Part shown: positions 37,489 to 48,826 of the stretch, piece after piece | Layout of the letters: each line of letters begins with the position of its first letter | Position numbering within the stretch: position 1 is the first letter of the stretch | Origin: an uncultured Desulfurococcales archaeon | GTDB lineage: Archaea > Thermoproteota > Thermoprotei_A > Sulfolobales > WANQ01 | NCBI GenBank assembly: GCA_964467535.1 | Contig: CAYXRT010000001.1 | Span: 86,036-150,035, forward strand | Direction: 5' to 3' | Length of the DNA stretch: 64,000 bases | Notes under the pieces: generated by a model | The model's input: only the letters and a program-made list of their open reading frames with translations | Told to the model about the DNA's origin: nothing | The model's database searches: none | Position numbers and translations under genes: made by a program

Positions 37489-37965
37489 ATGCCTGTATGG
37501 CATTATTCAATGAAGGTGGCAGATGAAGAGAGAATAGCTAAGGCAATGCTATGGGACGTACCAGTATCTCCTAAGATTATGTACGAGGTATGTAGAGCTA
37601 TTAGAGGTATGATGCTTCAAGAAGCTAAGGAATATTTGAAAAGAGTTATTGAGTTAAAAGAACCTATACCTTTCTTTAGATATAAAGGTAAGCAAGCCCA
37701 TAAGAAAGGTCTTGCGGATAAGTGGAAGTGGCCTATAGGCAGATATCCAGTAAAAGCAGCTAAGTATTTACTAAAGCTACTAGAAAACGTTGAAAATAAT
37801 GCTGAGGATAAAGGCTTAGATACGTCTAAGCTTAAGATAATTCACATAGCCTCACACAAGGGCCCTATACTTAAGAGGTGGATGCCTAGAGCATTTGGAA
37901 GAGCTACTCCTAAATTTAGGAGATTAAGTCATATCGAAATTATTGTTCAAGAGGTTGGTAGGTGA
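37489..37965 (+). CDS. rpl22p: 50S ribosomal protein L22 (uL22)
   Basis: Sequence and position ahead of S3. [13 protein letters not shown]...RGM...A is typical of archaeal L22. Confidence 0.9.
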   Translation: MPVWHYSMKVADEERIAKAMLWDVPVSPKIMYEVCRAIRGMMLQEAKEYLKRVIELKEPIPFFRYKGKQAHKKGLADKWKWPIGRYPVKAAKYLLKLLENVENNAEDKGLDTSKLKIIHIASHKGPILKRWMPRAFGRATPKFRRLSHIEIIVQEVGR

Positions 37966-37969
37966 GATC

Positions 37970-38611
37970 ATGGTTAATATTAAGAAGTACTTTATTGAAC
38001 ATTCTTTGAAGAGAGTTGCTGTTGATGAGTTCCTTGCAAAGATGTTTTATAGAGCTGGTTATGCTGGCGTTGATATTCAAAGGACACCGCTTGGTACGAG
38101 AATAATAATCTATGCAGAAAGACCTGCTGTTATCATAGGTAAAAGAGGTTCAATGATTAAACAGTTGGCTCAAATACTTGAAAAGTACTTTGGATTAGAA
38201 AACCCACAAATAACTGTCACTAACGTCGAAAACCCAGAACTAAACGCAAGAGTTATGGCATTTAGACTTGCGACAGCTCTTGAAAGAGGTTTTCACTTCA
38301 GAAGAGCTGCATTCGTTGCGCTTAGGAGAATTATGGAGGCTGGCGCATTAGGGGCCGAGATAGTTATTAGTGGTAAACTTACAAGTGAAAGAGCAAGATA
38401 CGAGAAAATCAGAGCCGGCAAGGTCTTTAAGGTAGGTGAACAGGTTTCGTATATGGTTGATAGAGCTGTAGCGCATGCATTGTTGAAACCTGGAATCTAC
38501 GGTGTTGATGTAACTATAGTCAAGCCCATACCCACAGCCGACTATGTTAAAATAAAAGAACAACCTCCTTCAGAAACTGCCAGTGAAGTAAAAGAAGGTG
38601 AAACTACATGA
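37970..38611 (+). CDS. rps3p: 30S ribosomal protein S3 (uS3)
   Basis: KH domain [12 protein letters not shown]. Start at MVNIKKYF (internal Met of the listed ORF). Confidence 0.9.
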   Translation: MVNIKKYFIEHSLKRVAVDEFLAKMFYRAGYAGVDIQRTPLGTRIIIYAERPAVIIGKRGSMIKQLAQILEKYFGLENPQITVTNVENPELNARVMAFRLATALERGFHFRRAAFVALRRIMEAGALGAEIVISGKLTSERARYEKIRAGKVFKVGEQVSYMVDRAVAHALLKPGIYGVDVTIVKPIPTADYVKIKEQPPSETASEVKEGETT

Positions 38612-38826
38612 GCTTAAAGCCAGATGAAATTAGGAAAATGAGCCCTGAGGAACGTAAAGAAAGGCTTGAAGAACTTAGGATGGAGTTAATAAAACTTAGA
38701 CTACAAGCTGAAATGGGTACCCTAGATAATCCCGGTAGGATTAAGACAATTAAGAAGACAATTGCTAGAATATTAACTATAATACGTGAAGAAGAATTAA
38801 AGAGACAGGGAAAGCTTAAACGATGA
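38608..38826 (+). CDS. rpl29p: 50S ribosomal protein L29 (uL29)
   Basis: 72 aa, [25 protein letters not shown]. Confidence 0.9.
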   Translation: MSLKPDEIRKMSPEERKERLEELRMELIKLRLQAEMGTLDNPGRIKTIKKTIARILTIIREEELKRQGKLKR

Positions 38827-39104
38827 AGCGTACGCCTAAGAACATATTTTATCATGAGCTTATAGGCTTAAGAGTTAAAGTAATTAAACATACCGATGAA
38901 AGTCTTATAGATCTTGAAGGAAGAATAGTTTATGAAACCAAAAACTTCCTCATTATAGCATCTAAAGGAGGATTGAAAAAGGTTTCTAAAAAGAGTGGAG
39001 TTTTCTTACTAACGTTATCAGATGGTGTTAAAGTAGAGGTTAAAGGAGAAAAAATATTAGCTAGACCTGAGGATAGGGTGAAACTGATTAGAAAGAGGAG
39101 ATAG
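38823..39104 (+). CDS. rnp1: RNase P protein component 1 (Rpp29/Pop4)
   Basis: HELIGLRVKVIKHTDESLIDLEGRIVYETKNFLII. Conserved archaeal position between L29 and S17. Confidence 0.85.
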   Translation: MKRTPKNIFYHELIGLRVKVIKHTDESLIDLEGRIVYETKNFLIIASKGGLKKVSKKSGVFLLTLSDGVKVEVKGEKILARPEDRVKLIRKRR

Positions 39105-39107
39105 TGC

Positions 39108-39473
39108 ATGGGTAAGAAGGGAGCTGATGTAAAGAATGTAGGTATACCCGGTATTCAGCCACCGCAAAGGAAGTGTAATGACCCTAAATGTCCATGGCAT
39201 GGTAATGTTAGAGTACGTGGCCTAATACTTGAAGGTGTTGTTGTAAGTAATAAAATGCATAAGACGGTAGTTGTTAGAAGAGACTATTTATACTATGATA
39301 GAAAATACATGAGATACGAGAAAAGACATAGTAAAATTCATGCTCATAACCCACCATGCATAAATGCTAAAGTAGGAGACGTAGTAATAATAGGTGAAAC
39401 AAGACCATTAGCAAAAACCGTATCATTTGTAGTATTAGCTATTAAAGGTCATGTTGAAGAGGTGAAGAAGTAA
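39108..39473 (+). CDS. rps17p: 30S ribosomal protein S17 (uS17)
   Basis: [10 protein letters not shown]...[14 protein letters not shown]...[15 protein letters not shown]. Confidence 0.9.
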   Translation: MGKKGADVKNVGIPGIQPPQRKCNDPKCPWHGNVRVRGLILEGVVVSNKMHKTVVVRRDYLYYDRKYMRYEKRHSKIHAHNPPCINAKVGDVVIIGETRPLAKTVSFVVLAIKGHVEEVKK

Positions 39474-39892
39474 TGGTTAAGAGAGAGAAAGGTTCTGCGT
39501 TTCCGAGAAGGAGAATTAATACAGGCTTACAAGTTGGATCATATGTTAAAGTAGCCGACAATAGTGGCGCTAAGGAAGTGCTAATCATTGGTGTTCCCGG
39601 ATATAAGGGTAGGCTAAGAAGAATTCCACCAGCTGGAGTTGGGGATATGGTTGTCGTTTCAGTCAAGAAAGGTACGCCTGAAATGAGAAGACAAATACTT
39701 AGGGCCATAGTAATTAGGCAAAGAAGACCATATAGGAGACCTGATGGTACATGGATAGCATTTGAAGATAATGCAGTAGTCATAGTTACACCCGATGGAA
39801 CTCCAAAGGGCTCCGAAATTCATGGACCTGTAGCTAAGGAAGCTGCCGAAAGATGGCCTCGAATAGCTGCCTTAGCTACAATAATAGTATAA
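39473..39892 (+). CDS. rpl14p: 50S ribosomal protein L14 (uL14)
   Basis: [15 protein letters not shown]...[11 protein letters not shown]. Confidence 0.92.
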   Translation: MVKREKGSAFPRRRINTGLQVGSYVKVADNSGAKEVLIIGVPGYKGRLRRIPPAGVGDMVVVSVKKGTPEMRRQILRAIVIRQRRPYRRPDGTWIAFEDNAVVIVTPDGTPKGSEIHGPVAKEAAERWPRIAALATIIV

Positions 39893-39902
39893 GGTGATAG
39901 TA

Positions 39903-40346
39903 ATGAACTGGATTAAGTCTTCTCATCCAAGCAAGCAACGAAAGACCTTCTTCAATGCCCCACTTCATAAGAGACAGAAATTCATGACTGCAATGCTCTC
40001 GCCAGAATTACGAGAAAAATATGGAATTAAGAGATTACCAGTTCGTAAAAATGATGTCGTTAGAATTCTTAGAGGTAACTGGGCTGGACATGAAGGTAAG
40101 GTTGTAGAAGTTGACCTTAAACGTTTAAGAATATTTGTTGAAGGGGTCACGATAAAGAAGGCCGATGGTACACCAAGATACTATCCCATTCATCCATCAA
40201 AGGTTATGATTGTTAAATTAGATTTATCAGATCCTAAGAGAAAGGAAATCATTGAAAGAAGGAGAAAGGCTAGAGAAGAACTTTTAAAGAAAATAGAAGA
40301 ATCTGTGGAAAAGCAAGAAGCAGGTGAAGAGAAAAAAGAGGGATAA
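39903..40346 (+). CDS. rpl24p: 50S ribosomal protein L24 (uL24)
   Basis: SKQRK...[23 protein letters not shown] (KOW motif). ATG 39903 follows GGTGA. Confidence 0.88.
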   Translation: MNWIKSSHPSKQRKTFFNAPLHKRQKFMTAMLSPELREKYGIKRLPVRKNDVVRILRGNWAGHEGKVVEVDLKRLRIFVEGVTIKKADGTPRYYPIHPSKVMIVKLDLSDPKRKEIIERRRKAREELLKKIEESVEKQEAGEEKKEG

Positions 40347-40349
40347 GCT

Positions 40350-41111
40350 ATGGCACGCATGGGTGGTAGGAAGCACCTAAAAACCTATGTAGCACCTGCA
40401 TGGTGGCCCATACCAGTTAAGGAAAGAGTATGGACTGTAAAGCCTAGACCAGGTCCTCATCCGATTGAGAGGTCTATTCCACTGTTAATACTTGTTAGAG
40501 ACATTTTAGGTTATGCTAAAACTGCAAGAGAAGCTAGGAAGATAATTGCTGAAGGAAAGATTAAAGTTGATGGTAAAGTTAGAAGGGATTATAAATTCCC
40601 TGTAGGTTTAATGGATGTTGTTGAAATTATACCTACAGGTGAAACTTATAGGCTTATTCCTTATCCAGTGAAATTCTTAACATTACATCCCATTCCTAAG
40701 GAAGAAGCTTCATTTAAGCTATGTAGGATTAATAATAAGACAACCGTTAAGAGAGGTCATATTCAATTAAATCTACATGATGGAAGAAACCATTTAATTA
40801 GAGTAAAAGATCCTACAAATCCTGTAGAGGATACATATAAGACCTTAAGTACAGTTAAAATCTCCATACCTGAACAGGAGATACTAGATTACGTACCACT
40901 GGAGCCTGAAGTATTAGCAATTATTATTGATGGAAGAAATGTTGGAAGAGTTGGAAGAATAATTGATATAACAAAGGGCATGGGTAGACGTAGATCTCTA
41001 GTAACATTAGAAGATGCTAAAGGAGAGAAGTTCCAAACAATTCTAGATTACGTCTTCGTTATTGGTAGAGAAGAGCCGCTAATAAGCTTACCTCAAGGTG
41101 CTTGGAAGTGA
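40350..41111 (+). CDS. rps4e: 30S ribosomal protein S4e
   Basis: [18 protein letters not shown]...[23 protein letters not shown]. Confidence 0.92.
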   Translation: MARMGGRKHLKTYVAPAWWPIPVKERVWTVKPRPGPHPIERSIPLLILVRDILGYAKTAREARKIIAEGKIKVDGKVRRDYKFPVGLMDVVEIIPTGETYRLIPYPVKFLTLHPIPKEEASFKLCRINNKTTVKRGHIQLNLHDGRNHLIRVKDPTNPVEDTYKTLSTVKISIPEQEILDYVPLEPEVLAIIIDGRNVGRVGRIIDITKGMGRRRSLVTLEDAKGEKFQTILDYVFVIGREEPLISLPQGAWK

Positions 41112-41674
41112 GTAGCGTTCTACCTAAGGAGTTAATAGAATCTATTCTTAAGAGATGGGAAGAACAACCAATGCTCAAGCCTAGGATTGCAAAGGTAACA
41201 GTAAATATAGGTGTTGGTTCTTCAGGTGAAAGGTTACAAAAGGCATTTAAAGTCTTAGAAATGCTTACAGGGCAAAAACCTGTTCCTAGAAGGGCTAAAA
41301 AGACTATTAGAGAATTCGGAATAAGAAGAGGAGAAAATATTGCAGTAATGGTTACTCTAAGAAAGGAAAAAGCAATAGAATTCTTAAAGAAAGCACTTGA
41401 AGCCATAGGTTGGAGGATAAGCGCAAAGAGCTTTGATGAATATGGTAATGTGGCTTTTGGAATAAAGGAGCATATATCAATACCTGGAGTTAAGTATGAT
41501 CCTGAAATAGGTATTTTCGGAATGGATGTCGCCATAACCTTGGAAAGACCAGGATTTAGGGTTCTGAGAAGGAGAAGGTGTAAGAAAAAACATATACCTA
41601 GAAGACATAGGGTTAGTAAAGAGGAGGCAATGGTATTCCTGGAGAAGGAACTAGGTGTAAGAATAGTACCATAG
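41102..41674 (+). CDS. rpl5p: 50S ribosomal protein L5 (uL5)
   Basis: [11 protein letters not shown]...[16 protein letters not shown]...GMDV. Exact start uncertain (TTG 41102 or GTG 41108). Confidence 0.9.
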   Translation: MEVSSVLPKELIESILKRWEEQPMLKPRIAKVTVNIGVGSSGERLQKAFKVLEMLTGQKPVPRRAKKTIREFGIRRGENIAVMVTLRKEKAIEFLKKALEAIGWRISAKSFDEYGNVAFGIKEHISIPGVKYDPEIGIFGMDVAITLERPGFRVLRRRRCKKKHIPRRHRVSKEEAMVFLEKELGVRIVP

Positions 41675-41685
41675 GGGTGAGAAAC

Positions 41686-41850
41686 ATGGGTAAGTTCAGG
41701 CCTCCAAAGCATAGAGCATTTGGTAAGGGTTCAAGAAAGTGTAGAAGATGTGGATCGCATGATGCGGTTATTCAAAAATATGGATTAATGTTATGTCGAC
41801 AGTGCTTTAGAGAAATTGCACCAAGTCTAGGCTTTAAGAAATATAACTAG
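41686..41850 (+). CDS. rps14p: 30S ribosomal protein S14 (uS14, zinc-ribbon type)
   Basis: 54-aa ORF below the track cutoff: [54 protein letters not shown]. Canonical position between L5 and S8. Confidence 0.9.
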   Translation: MGKFRPPKHRAFGKGSRKCRRCGSHDAVIQKYGLMLCRQCFREIAPSLGFKKYN

Positions 41851-41867
41851 TTCTTAAGGTGATAGAT

Positions 41868-42269
41868 ATGGTTATGTTAGACACCCTAGCAAACGCCATG
41901 GCAACAATCTATAATTGTGAAATGAGGGGTAAGCGGGAAGCAATCATAATGCCTGCTTCTAAACTAATAATATCTGTATTAAGGGTTATGCAGCGTGAAG
42001 GATACATAGGTGAATTCGAGTACATAGATGATGGTAGATGGGGTAAGATTAAAGTTCAGCTACTTGGTAGGATAAATAAATGTGGTGTTATTAAGCCTAG
42101 ATTTTCAGTCAAGTATAAGGATTTAGAGTCTATGCCACACTGGCTTAGAAAATACCTCCCATCAAGAGATATAGGTATATTAATAATTTCAACATCTCAG
42201 GGAGTTATGACTCATAAGGAAGCATTAGCTAAAAGAATAGGAGGAGTTCTATTAGCATACGTTTACTGA
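41868..42269 (+). CDS. rps8p: 30S ribosomal protein S8 (uS8)
   Basis: [18 protein letters not shown]...[13 protein letters not shown]. Confidence 0.9.
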   Translation: MVMLDTLANAMATIYNCEMRGKREAIIMPASKLIISVLRVMQREGYIGEFEYIDDGRWGKIKVQLLGRINKCGVIKPRFSVKYKDLESMPHWLRKYLPSRDIGILIISTSQGVMTHKEALAKRIGGVLLAYVY

Positions 42270-42285
42270 TTTCGAGGTGATTTCT

Positions 42286-42834
42286 ATGGCTAAGACTGTT
42301 CACGTTGTTGAAAAAGTACTTATTCCCCAAGGAGTTGAAGTGAAAGTTGATAGATTAAAGGTAACCGTTAAGGGACCTAAGGGGCAATTAACAAAGGATT
42401 TTTCTCATGCTAGGGGGATAATCATTAGAAAGACTGATAATGAAGTTATCGTGGAGACTTTTTTCGCTGATAGAAAGAGGAAGGCATTAATTCCAACAAT
42501 AGCTTCTCACATAGAGAATATGATAATTGGCGTTACTAAAGGTTTTAGATATAAACTTAAGATAGTCTTCTCTCACTTCCCTATATCAGTTAAAGTCTCT
42601 GGAGATAAGGTCATTATTGAGAACTTCTTAGGAGAAAAAGCTCCGAGAATAGCAAAGATTGTAGAAGGAGCTAAAGTAAAGGTAATGAAAGACGATATTA
42701 TAGTAGAGGGCATTGATATTGAAGTTGTCGGTCAAACAGCTGCTAACATTGAAAGAGCTACTAGAATTAAAGGCTACGATAGACGTGTATTCCTAGATGG
42801 TATATATATTTATGAAAGAGGTGTTATAGAGTGA
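42286..42834 (+). CDS. rpl6p: 50S ribosomal protein L6 (uL6)
   Basis: IPQGVEVKVDRLKVTVKGPKGQL...FSHFPI. GAGGTGAT precedes ATG 42286. Confidence 0.9.
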   Translation: MAKTVHVVEKVLIPQGVEVKVDRLKVTVKGPKGQLTKDFSHARGIIIRKTDNEVIVETFFADRKRKALIPTIASHIENMIIGVTKGFRYKLKIVFSHFPISVKVSGDKVIIENFLGEKAPRIAKIVEGAKVKVMKDDIIVEGIDIEVVGQTAANIERATRIKGYDRRVFLDGIYIYERGVIE

Positions 42835-43229
42835 AGCCTGCATTAGATTCCGTAAAGCAGAGATTATTAAGGCTTAAGCTAGCAATGAAAAGAAAGAAGC
42901 CTGAATTCTTAAGGCATCTATGGTGGAAGTTCCCTAAGTTTATTAACCAATATGCGTGGAGAAAGCCTAAAGGACTTGATAACAAGATGAGGTTAAAGCT
43001 AAAGGGATACCCCCCAGTCGTTAGTGTAGGCTATAGATCTCCTAGAGTTGTTAGAGGATTACATCCATCAGGATTTAAACCTGTTGTAGTTCATAGTGTT
43101 AAAGACCTTGAATCTCTTGATCCAACGACCCATATAATTTATATAGCTAGTAATATAGGTTTTCGTAAACGTATGCAGATATTAGAAAAAGCAAAGAGTA
43201 TGGGGTTTAGAATAGCTAATGAGGTGTAG
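42831..43229 (+). CDS. rpl32e: 50S ribosomal protein L32e
   Basis: WRKPKGLDNKMRLKLKGYPPVVSVGYRSP. Confidence 0.9.
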   Translation: MKPALDSVKQRLLRLKLAMKRKKPEFLRHLWWKFPKFINQYAWRKPKGLDNKMRLKLKGYPPVVSVGYRSPRVVRGLHPSGFKPVVVHSVKDLESLDPTTHIIYIASNIGFRKRMQILEKAKSMGFRIANEV

Positions 43230-43234
43230 GTGCC

Positions 43235-43681
43235 ATGGATTTGAGTATACAGAAGAGGCTTGCAGCAGAAATATTAGGTATTGGTGAAAGCCGTATTTGG
43301 ATTGATCCTGAGAGAATAGAGGATGTACAAGCAGCTACAACTAAAGATGACATAAGAAAGCTAATCAAAGAGGGAGTTATAACGGTAAAACCTGTTAGAG
43401 GTAACAGTCGAATCAGGTGGAGAATTAGACACGAGCAAAGAAAGAAGGGCAGAAGAAGAGGTCACGGCAAGAGAAAGGGAGCTAAAACAGCTCGTCTATC
43501 AAAGAAAGAGGCCTGGATGAATAAGATTAGAAAGATTAGACGTTATTTAAGGTACTTAAGGGATAAGGGTATAATTGATAGAAGAACTTATAGAAGATTA
43601 TATATGTTAGCTAAAGGTGGTATGTTCAAGAACCTTTCAAGCTTACAAGCATACATGAAGGAACATGGAATAATAAGGTAG
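43235..43681 (+). CDS. rpl19e: 50S ribosomal protein L19e
   Basis: QKRLAAEILGIGESRIWIDPE...RGHGKRKGAKTAR. Confidence 0.9.
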   Translation: MDLSIQKRLAAEILGIGESRIWIDPERIEDVQAATTKDDIRKLIKEGVITVKPVRGNSRIRWRIRHEQRKKGRRRGHGKRKGAKTARLSKKEAWMNKIRKIRRYLRYLRDKGIIDRRTYRRLYMLAKGGMFKNLSSLQAYMKEHGIIR

Positions 43682-43691
43682 GTGAAACAAT

Positions 43692-44375
43692 ATGGCTAGA
43701 GGACCTAAATATAAGGTTCCAAGGAGAAGACGTCGTGAAGGCAAGACTAACTACTATAAGAGATACATAATGGTTCTTTCAGGTAAGCCTAGATTCGTAG
43801 TTAGAAGATCATTGAATCACATCATAGTACAAGTAGTTAAATTTAATCCTAAAGGAGATATTACAATTGCTGCTGCACATAGTAGGGAGCTTGTTAAAAA
43901 ATATGGCTGGAAGGGCGCTACAGATAATCTCCCTGCAGCATACCTAACAGGTTTCTTGGTGGGCTTACGTGCATTAAAAGCTGGAGTAAAATATGCTGTA
44001 CCTGATATAGGTCTTCATAAGTTTACTCCTTGCTGTAGAATTTTTGCTGCAATAAAGGGAGGCATAGATGCTGGTATGGAAATACCCATGGGTATACATA
44101 AAATATTTGAAAATGAGGAGAAACTAGAATATTGTCTTAAATATAGAATACCTGGTCAACATATAGCTGATTATGCTTCTAAACTTCTGTCCGAAAACCC
44201 TGAATTATATGAAAAACGCTTCTCAAAATACTTAAGCCGTGAATTTGATCCTCGTAATCTTCCTTCACATTTTAGGGAAACACTTCTCAAAATATGTAAA
44301 GATTATGGTTTAAATGAAAGTACTTGTAGTGAACTACCACGAATACCTGAGAAAATTAAAGAGGGTGAAGAATAA
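43692..44375 (+). CDS. rpl18p: 50S ribosomal protein L18 (uL18)
   Basis: [13 protein letters not shown]...[17 protein letters not shown]. Carries a longer C-terminal tail than most homologues. Confidence 0.88.
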   Translation: MARGPKYKVPRRRRREGKTNYYKRYIMVLSGKPRFVVRRSLNHIIVQVVKFNPKGDITIAAAHSRELVKKYGWKGATDNLPAAYLTGFLVGLRALKAGVKYAVPDIGLHKFTPCCRIFAAIKGGIDAGMEIPMGIHKIFENEEKLEYCLKYRIPGQHIADYASKLLSENPELYEKRFSKYLSREFDPRNLPSHFRETLLKICKDYGLNESTCSELPRIPEKIKEGEE

Positions 44376-44377
44376 TC

Positions 44378-45010
44378 ATGCTAGGTAAAGTTAATATTGA
44401 AGAATGGGTTCCCAGGACGCGTGTTGGAAAGCTGGTAAAGGAAGGTAAGATAACTTCCTTAAGAGAAATATTTGAAAAGAACCTTCCGTTAAAAGAGCCT
44501 GAAATTGTAGATTATTTTCTACCAGATCTACAACACCAAGTTATTGATGTAAGTATTGTACAGAAGATGACTGATGCAGGTAGAATTACCAGGTTTAAAG
44601 TTGTTGTAGTTGTTGGTAATTTTGATGGATATGTAGGTCTAGGTCAAGGTAAAGCAAAACAACTCAGAATGGCTATTGAAAAAGCCCTCATCGACGCCAA
44701 ACTAAATATTGTTCCAGTGAGAAGAGGATGTGGAAGCTGGGAATGTAGATGTAATGAACCACATAGTATACCTTTCGCCGTTAGAGGTAAGGCAGGAAGC
44801 GTCGAAGTATTACTTAAACCAGCACCTAGAGGTACAGGTTTAGTTGCAGGTGAAGTAGCTAAAGTAGTTTTGAGATTTGCTGGCATAAGTGATGTATGGA
44901 CTCAAACACGTGGAGAAACCAGAACAACATTAAATTTTGCTAAAGCAGTTTATGAAGCATTAAAAAGGACGTACTATTTCGTAACACCACAAGACTGGTA
45001 TAGAAGGTAG
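44378..45010 (+). CDS. rps5p: 30S ribosomal protein S5 (uS5)
   Basis: [11 protein letters not shown]...[18 protein letters not shown]...GTGLVAG. Confidence 0.92.
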   Translation: MLGKVNIEEWVPRTRVGKLVKEGKITSLREIFEKNLPLKEPEIVDYFLPDLQHQVIDVSIVQKMTDAGRITRFKVVVVVGNFDGYVGLGQGKAKQLRMAIEKALIDAKLNIVPVRRGCGSWECRCNEPHSIPFAVRGKAGSVEVLLKPAPRGTGLVAGEVAKVVLRFAGISDVWTQTRGETRTTLNFAKAVYEALKRTYYFVTPQDWYRR

Positions 45011-45030
45011 AAAATACTAGGGTGTATATA

Positions 45031-45513
45031 ATGCCATCGATATACGCTATTATAAGAATTAGAGGTAGAGTAGATGTTCCGCCAGATGTAAAGTATACTT
45101 TAGCTCTATTGAGATTACACAGAAAATTCCATTGTGTTTTATATCCTTCAACTTTACCTGGCATTGAAGGTATGTTACATAAGGTCAAAGACTGGGTTAC
45201 TTGGGGGGAAATTGATAGAGAGACATTAATTGAGTTATTAAAGAAAAGAGGCAGAGTGCCAGGAAATAAACCTTTAACAGATGACTACGTAAAAACAGTC
45301 TTAAAGATACCAGGAGGAATTGAAGAATTAGCTAATAAGATACTTAATGGCGAAGTAATGTTGCATAGAATAGAAGATAAAATTAAGCCCGTATTCAGGC
45401 TTCATCCACCAAGAGGAGGTTTCAAGGGGAGTACCAAGAAACCTTATGGTGATGGTGGCGAACTAGGCTATAGAGGACCTGCAATAAACGAGTTAATAAA
45501 GAGAATGCTTTAG
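45031..45513 (+). CDS. rpl30p: 50S ribosomal protein L30 (uL30)
   Basis: YAIIRIRGRVDVPPDVKYTLALLRLHRK. Confidence 0.88.
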   Translation: MPSIYAIIRIRGRVDVPPDVKYTLALLRLHRKFHCVLYPSTLPGIEGMLHKVKDWVTWGEIDRETLIELLKKRGRVPGNKPLTDDYVKTVLKIPGGIEELANKILNGEVMLHRIEDKIKPVFRLHPPRGGFKGSTKKPYGDGGELGYRGPAINELIKRML

Positions 45514-45522
45514 GTGTAGAAT

Positions 45523-45984
45523 ATGGTTGTGAGAAAGAGGAAAAAGAGTAGAAAATTACGTGGTAGAACTAGAACACATGGCTATGGTAGAATAGGTCAG
45601 CATAGAAAGTCTGGAAGTCGTGGTGGTAAGGGGGCAGCTGGAATGCATAAACATAAATGGACTTGGGTGGTAAAGTACGCTCCATCATGGTTTGGTAAGC
45701 ATGGATTTTCTAGGCCACCTGAACTTCTACCATCAGTACAAGCAATTAATGTAGGCGAACTTGATGAATTAGCAGAAAAACTCTTAGATGAGGGAAAGGC
45801 AGTAATGGAGAATAACAAGATAGTCATAGATGTAAGAGAACTGGGGTTTAACAAGGTATTGGGTAGAGGTAAGGTTTCAAGACCATTGAAAGTTATAACT
45901 CCTTATGTATCTGAAACTGCAAAAACTAAGATAGAGCAGGCTGGCGGTGAAGTAGTCGTAGTTGAAAATTCAGGTGCTAGGTAA
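45523..45984 (+). CDS. rpl15p: 50S ribosomal protein L15 (uL15)
   Basis: [31 protein letters not shown]. Confidence 0.9.
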   Translation: MVVRKRKKSRKLRGRTRTHGYGRIGQHRKSGSRGGKGAAGMHKHKWTWVVKYAPSWFGKHGFSRPPELLPSVQAINVGELDELAEKLLDEGKAVMENNKIVIDVRELGFNKVLGRGKVSRPLKVITPYVSETAKTKIEQAGGEVVVVENSGAR

Positions 45985-47384
45985 TGGTATTTATTGAGCT
46001 TCTTGCCGCAGTTGGTAGGAAGCTTCCTACGGTTGAAAGACCTAAGATGAGGTTACCTCTTGGTAGAAGACTTATTTGGACTGGAATAGTTCTCTTAATA
46101 TACTTTATAATGGCAAATACCCCTATATATGGAGTTAAGGTTTCTGAAGCTGACCCGCTTAGGGGACTGTACTTAATACAAGTCATATTTGCAAGCACTA
46201 TCGGTACATTAATGGAGCTCGGAATAGGTCCTATAGTAACAGCTGGGTTAATTCTCCAAATACTTGTCGGCGCCAAGATAATAAAGTTAGATTTAACTAA
46301 CCCTGAGGACAGGAAGAAGTTTACCGAAGCTGATAAAGCTCTGGCATTGATAATAGCTTTAGTTGAAGCTGCTATATATGCATTTGTATGGAAATGGGAT
46401 CCGGGGCTGATGTACACTATACCAATTCATGTAAAGCTATTAGTTATTGTACAATTATTTATAGCAACCTTCATAGTTATATTGCTTGATGAAATGATCC
46501 AAAAGGGTTGGGGTCTTGGAAGTGGTGTAAGCCTCTTCATACTTGCAGGTGTAGTTTATAGAGTATTTTGGTCTATGTTTGGAATTTTAACGGTTAAAGG
46601 GGAGGAACCTTACGGCTTCATACCCTATACCATATGGGTATTCATGAATGGTAAAGATCCTACATCAATTATCCTTAGATTTAGACCTGATATAAGAGCA
46701 GGATTACCCGATTTAGTGGGATTCATAACAACATTCACACTTATAGCTATTCTAGTCTACCTTGAGGGAATGAAGGTAGAAATACCTGTAACAACGCAAA
46801 GGCTTAGAGGTATAAGAACTAGAGTACCATTAAAGTTCATGTATGTAACCAACATACCCGTTCTACTCGTAGGAATTCTTATATCGGATCTACAATTATT
46901 TATGGGATTAGCTGAAAGGCTTGGCCCAGGTCCTATAGCTGATGCATTTAGAACAATAGTATACTACTTAAGTCCTCCAAGATTTCTATTACAGGTGGTA
47001 TATGAACCATTTAAAGTCCTGGTAAGCTGCCTTGCATGGATAGGATTATCTATATTATTAGGTTTTATGTGGGTTGAAATAGCTGGTTTAAGTCCTGCAC
47101 AACAAGCAGAGAACTTAGTTAAGTCAGGACTTGAAATACCTGGTATAAGGAGGAACCCTAAAATACTTGAAAGGTTATTAGCTAGATACATCTACCCACT
47201 AACTGTTTTAAGTTCGATAATTGTTGCATTAGTGGCTGTGCTTGCAGGTTTATTTGGAGCATATGGCAGTGGCACAGGCTTACTTCTTGCGGTAGGAATA
47301 GTTTATCAGTATTACATGATGATAGCTTATGAAAGAACATTAGAAATGTACCCAGTGCTCAAGAGAATTATAGGTGAAGAGTAA
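45984..47384 (+). CDS. secY: Preprotein translocase subunit SecY
   Basis: 10-TM protein with ASTIGTLMELGIGPIVTAGLILQIL. Canonical position after L15. Confidence 0.92.
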   Translation: MVFIELLAAVGRKLPTVERPKMRLPLGRRLIWTGIVLLIYFIMANTPIYGVKVSEADPLRGLYLIQVIFASTIGTLMELGIGPIVTAGLILQILVGAKIIKLDLTNPEDRKKFTEADKALALIIALVEAAIYAFVWKWDPGLMYTIPIHVKLLVIVQLFIATFIVILLDEMIQKGWGLGSGVSLFILAGVVYRVFWSMFGILTVKGEEPYGFIPYTIWVFMNGKDPTSIILRFRPDIRAGLPDLVGFITTFTLIAILVYLEGMKVEIPVTTQRLRGIRTRVPLKFMYVTNIPVLLVGILISDLQLFMGLAERLGPGPIADAFRTIVYYLSPPRFLLQVVYEPFKVLVSCLAWIGLSILLGFMWVEIAGLSPAQQAENLVKSGLEIPGIRRNPKILERLLARYIYPLTVLSSIIVALVAVLAGLFGAYGSGTGLLLAVGIVYQYYMMIAYERTLEMYPVLKRIIGEE

Positions 47385-47999
47385 ATGAAGAGAAACCCTT
47401 TCCTTACATTAATAGTGGTAGGAGTACCTGGAGTAGGAAAAACAACTGTCTTAAATAATCTCGTAAAACTAGCTGAATATGAGGGTATTAAGATAAGGGT
47501 TGTAAACTTAGGAGATTACATGTTTAAAGCTGCTAGAGAAAAAGGGTTAGTTTCTCATAGAGATGAGCTAAGAAAACTTGAGCTAAGAAAACAACTTGAA
47601 CTTCAAGGTCATGCTGCTAAACTTATAATTCAGGATTCTTTAAGTAGGCTTGATGAAAAATCTGTGCTTATAGTTGATACACATGCTATTATCAGAACTA
47701 CAACAGGATATTGGCCTGGGCTCCCAAAACATGTAATTGAAGAACTTTCACCCGATGCAATAATAATTATTGAAGCACCCATAGAAGATATCATATCTAG
47801 ACAACTGAGAGATAAAACTAGATATAGAAGTGATTTTGCTAGAAAAGAGGTAATTGAAGAATTAATACTATTCACAAGAATAGCCGCTATCTCAAGTGCT
47901 ACTTTTACTGCTTCAAGCGTGAAGACAGTTTTAAATCTTGAAGGTAAGCCTGAAGAGGCAGCACGTGAAATCCTAGAGGTCATAAAAAAGCTTAGATAA
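47385..47999 (+). CDS. adkA: Adenylate kinase (archaeal type)
   Basis: P-loop VVGVPGVGKTTV. Position after secY. Confidence 0.85.
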   Translation: MKRNPFLTLIVVGVPGVGKTTVLNNLVKLAEYEGIKIRVVNLGDYMFKAAREKGLVSHRDELRKLELRKQLELQGHAAKLIIQDSLSRLDEKSVLIVDTHAIIRTTTGYWPGLPKHVIEELSPDAIIIIEAPIEDIISRQLRDKTRYRSDFARKEVIEELILFTRIAAISSATFTASSVKTVLNLEGKPEEAAREILEVIKKLR

Positions 48000-48460
48000 T
48001 GGGTGAAGAGATGTTAGCTATATATACTTTGATCACCTGTACTCTAGCAATGTTCTTTGGAATAAGTATTGTAAGGAGTATCATGAACCCTGATGTAGTA
48101 AGGTATGCCTATGAAAAGCTAAAAGAACTTAGTATTCAGGCAGAAAAGATTAAGCGCACAGCTGATGAAAGTAAGGCAAGTAAAAAGTTAAGAAAAATAG
48201 CCCTTGAGGTAAAGTACTATAAGAGGATAATTACAAGAGCAACAATTATAAGGACCATAGTGTTCTTTCTAGCCTTCGTATTGGCCTCAATGCTGGTGCT
48301 TTCCAAGGCTCCGGTTGTAGCGACACCAAATATATTTCCATTATCCTTAATTTCTGTCAAAGTGGGTAAAGTACATTACATACAATCTGTTTGGTACATG
48401 TTCCTCATATTCATGTTATTAATACCAGTAGCCAATAGATTAACGGGTGTGCGCAGGTAA
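47999..48460 (+). CDS. DUF106 / EMC3-Oxa1-like membrane protein
   Basis: TM, coiled-coil (KLKELSIQAEKIKR...), TM architecture. Conserved archaeal position after adk. Confidence 0.55.
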   Translation: MGEEMLAIYTLITCTLAMFFGISIVRSIMNPDVVRYAYEKLKELSIQAEKIKRTADESKASKKLRKIALEVKYYKRIITRATIIRTIVFFLAFVLASMLVLSKAPVVATPNIFPLSLISVKVGKVHYIQSVWYMFLIFMLLIPVANRLTGVRR

Positions 48461-48532
48461 TTCAATATGGGGCATTATGGTTTATTTAACCCTCATAAAC
48501 TTAATGCTCTAGAAAGTATAGGGTGAATATAA

Positions 48533-48814
48533 ATGGTAAGGCCTGCTCTTCGATCAAGATCTCTAAGAAGAGTATATAGGAGGACTCCTGGAGGAAGAAC
48601 AGTAATTCACTACGAGAGAAGAAAGCCTAATCCTGCAAAATGCGCCAGATGCGGTAGACCATTAAATGGAGTGCCAAGGCTTAGGCCTTCGCAGTTAAGA
48701 AAACTCCCTAAAAGTATGAGAAGACCTGAAAGACCTTATGGAGGAGTACTATGTCCTAGATGCTTAAGTGAATTATTAAAAGATGCTATAAGATCTCAAC
48801 TTGTTGGGGCATAA
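48533..48814 (+). CDS. rpl34e: 50S ribosomal protein L34e
   Basis: [26 protein letters not shown]...CARCGRPL...CPRC. Confidence 0.9.
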   Translation: MVRPALRSRSLRRVYRRTPGGRTVIHYERRKPNPAKCARCGRPLNGVPRLRPSQLRKLPKSMRRPERPYGGVLCPRCLSELLKDAIRSQLVGA

Positions 48815-48826
48815 AAATTGCCTAAA

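Noticed and set aside
41059-41712. Long antisense ORFs inside conserved genes: 41059..41712(-) opposite L5, 45977..46417(-) opposite secY, 20699..21208(+) opposite mgtE, 33333..33842(+) and 34437..34820(+) opposite nrdJ, 49371..49760(-) opposite L14e, 38604..38855(-) opposite L29
   Set aside because: Each lies fully antisense to a gene with unmistakable conserved motifs, and their translations are low-complexity Ser/Leu/Ile-rich with no motifs. They are typical shadow ORFs.
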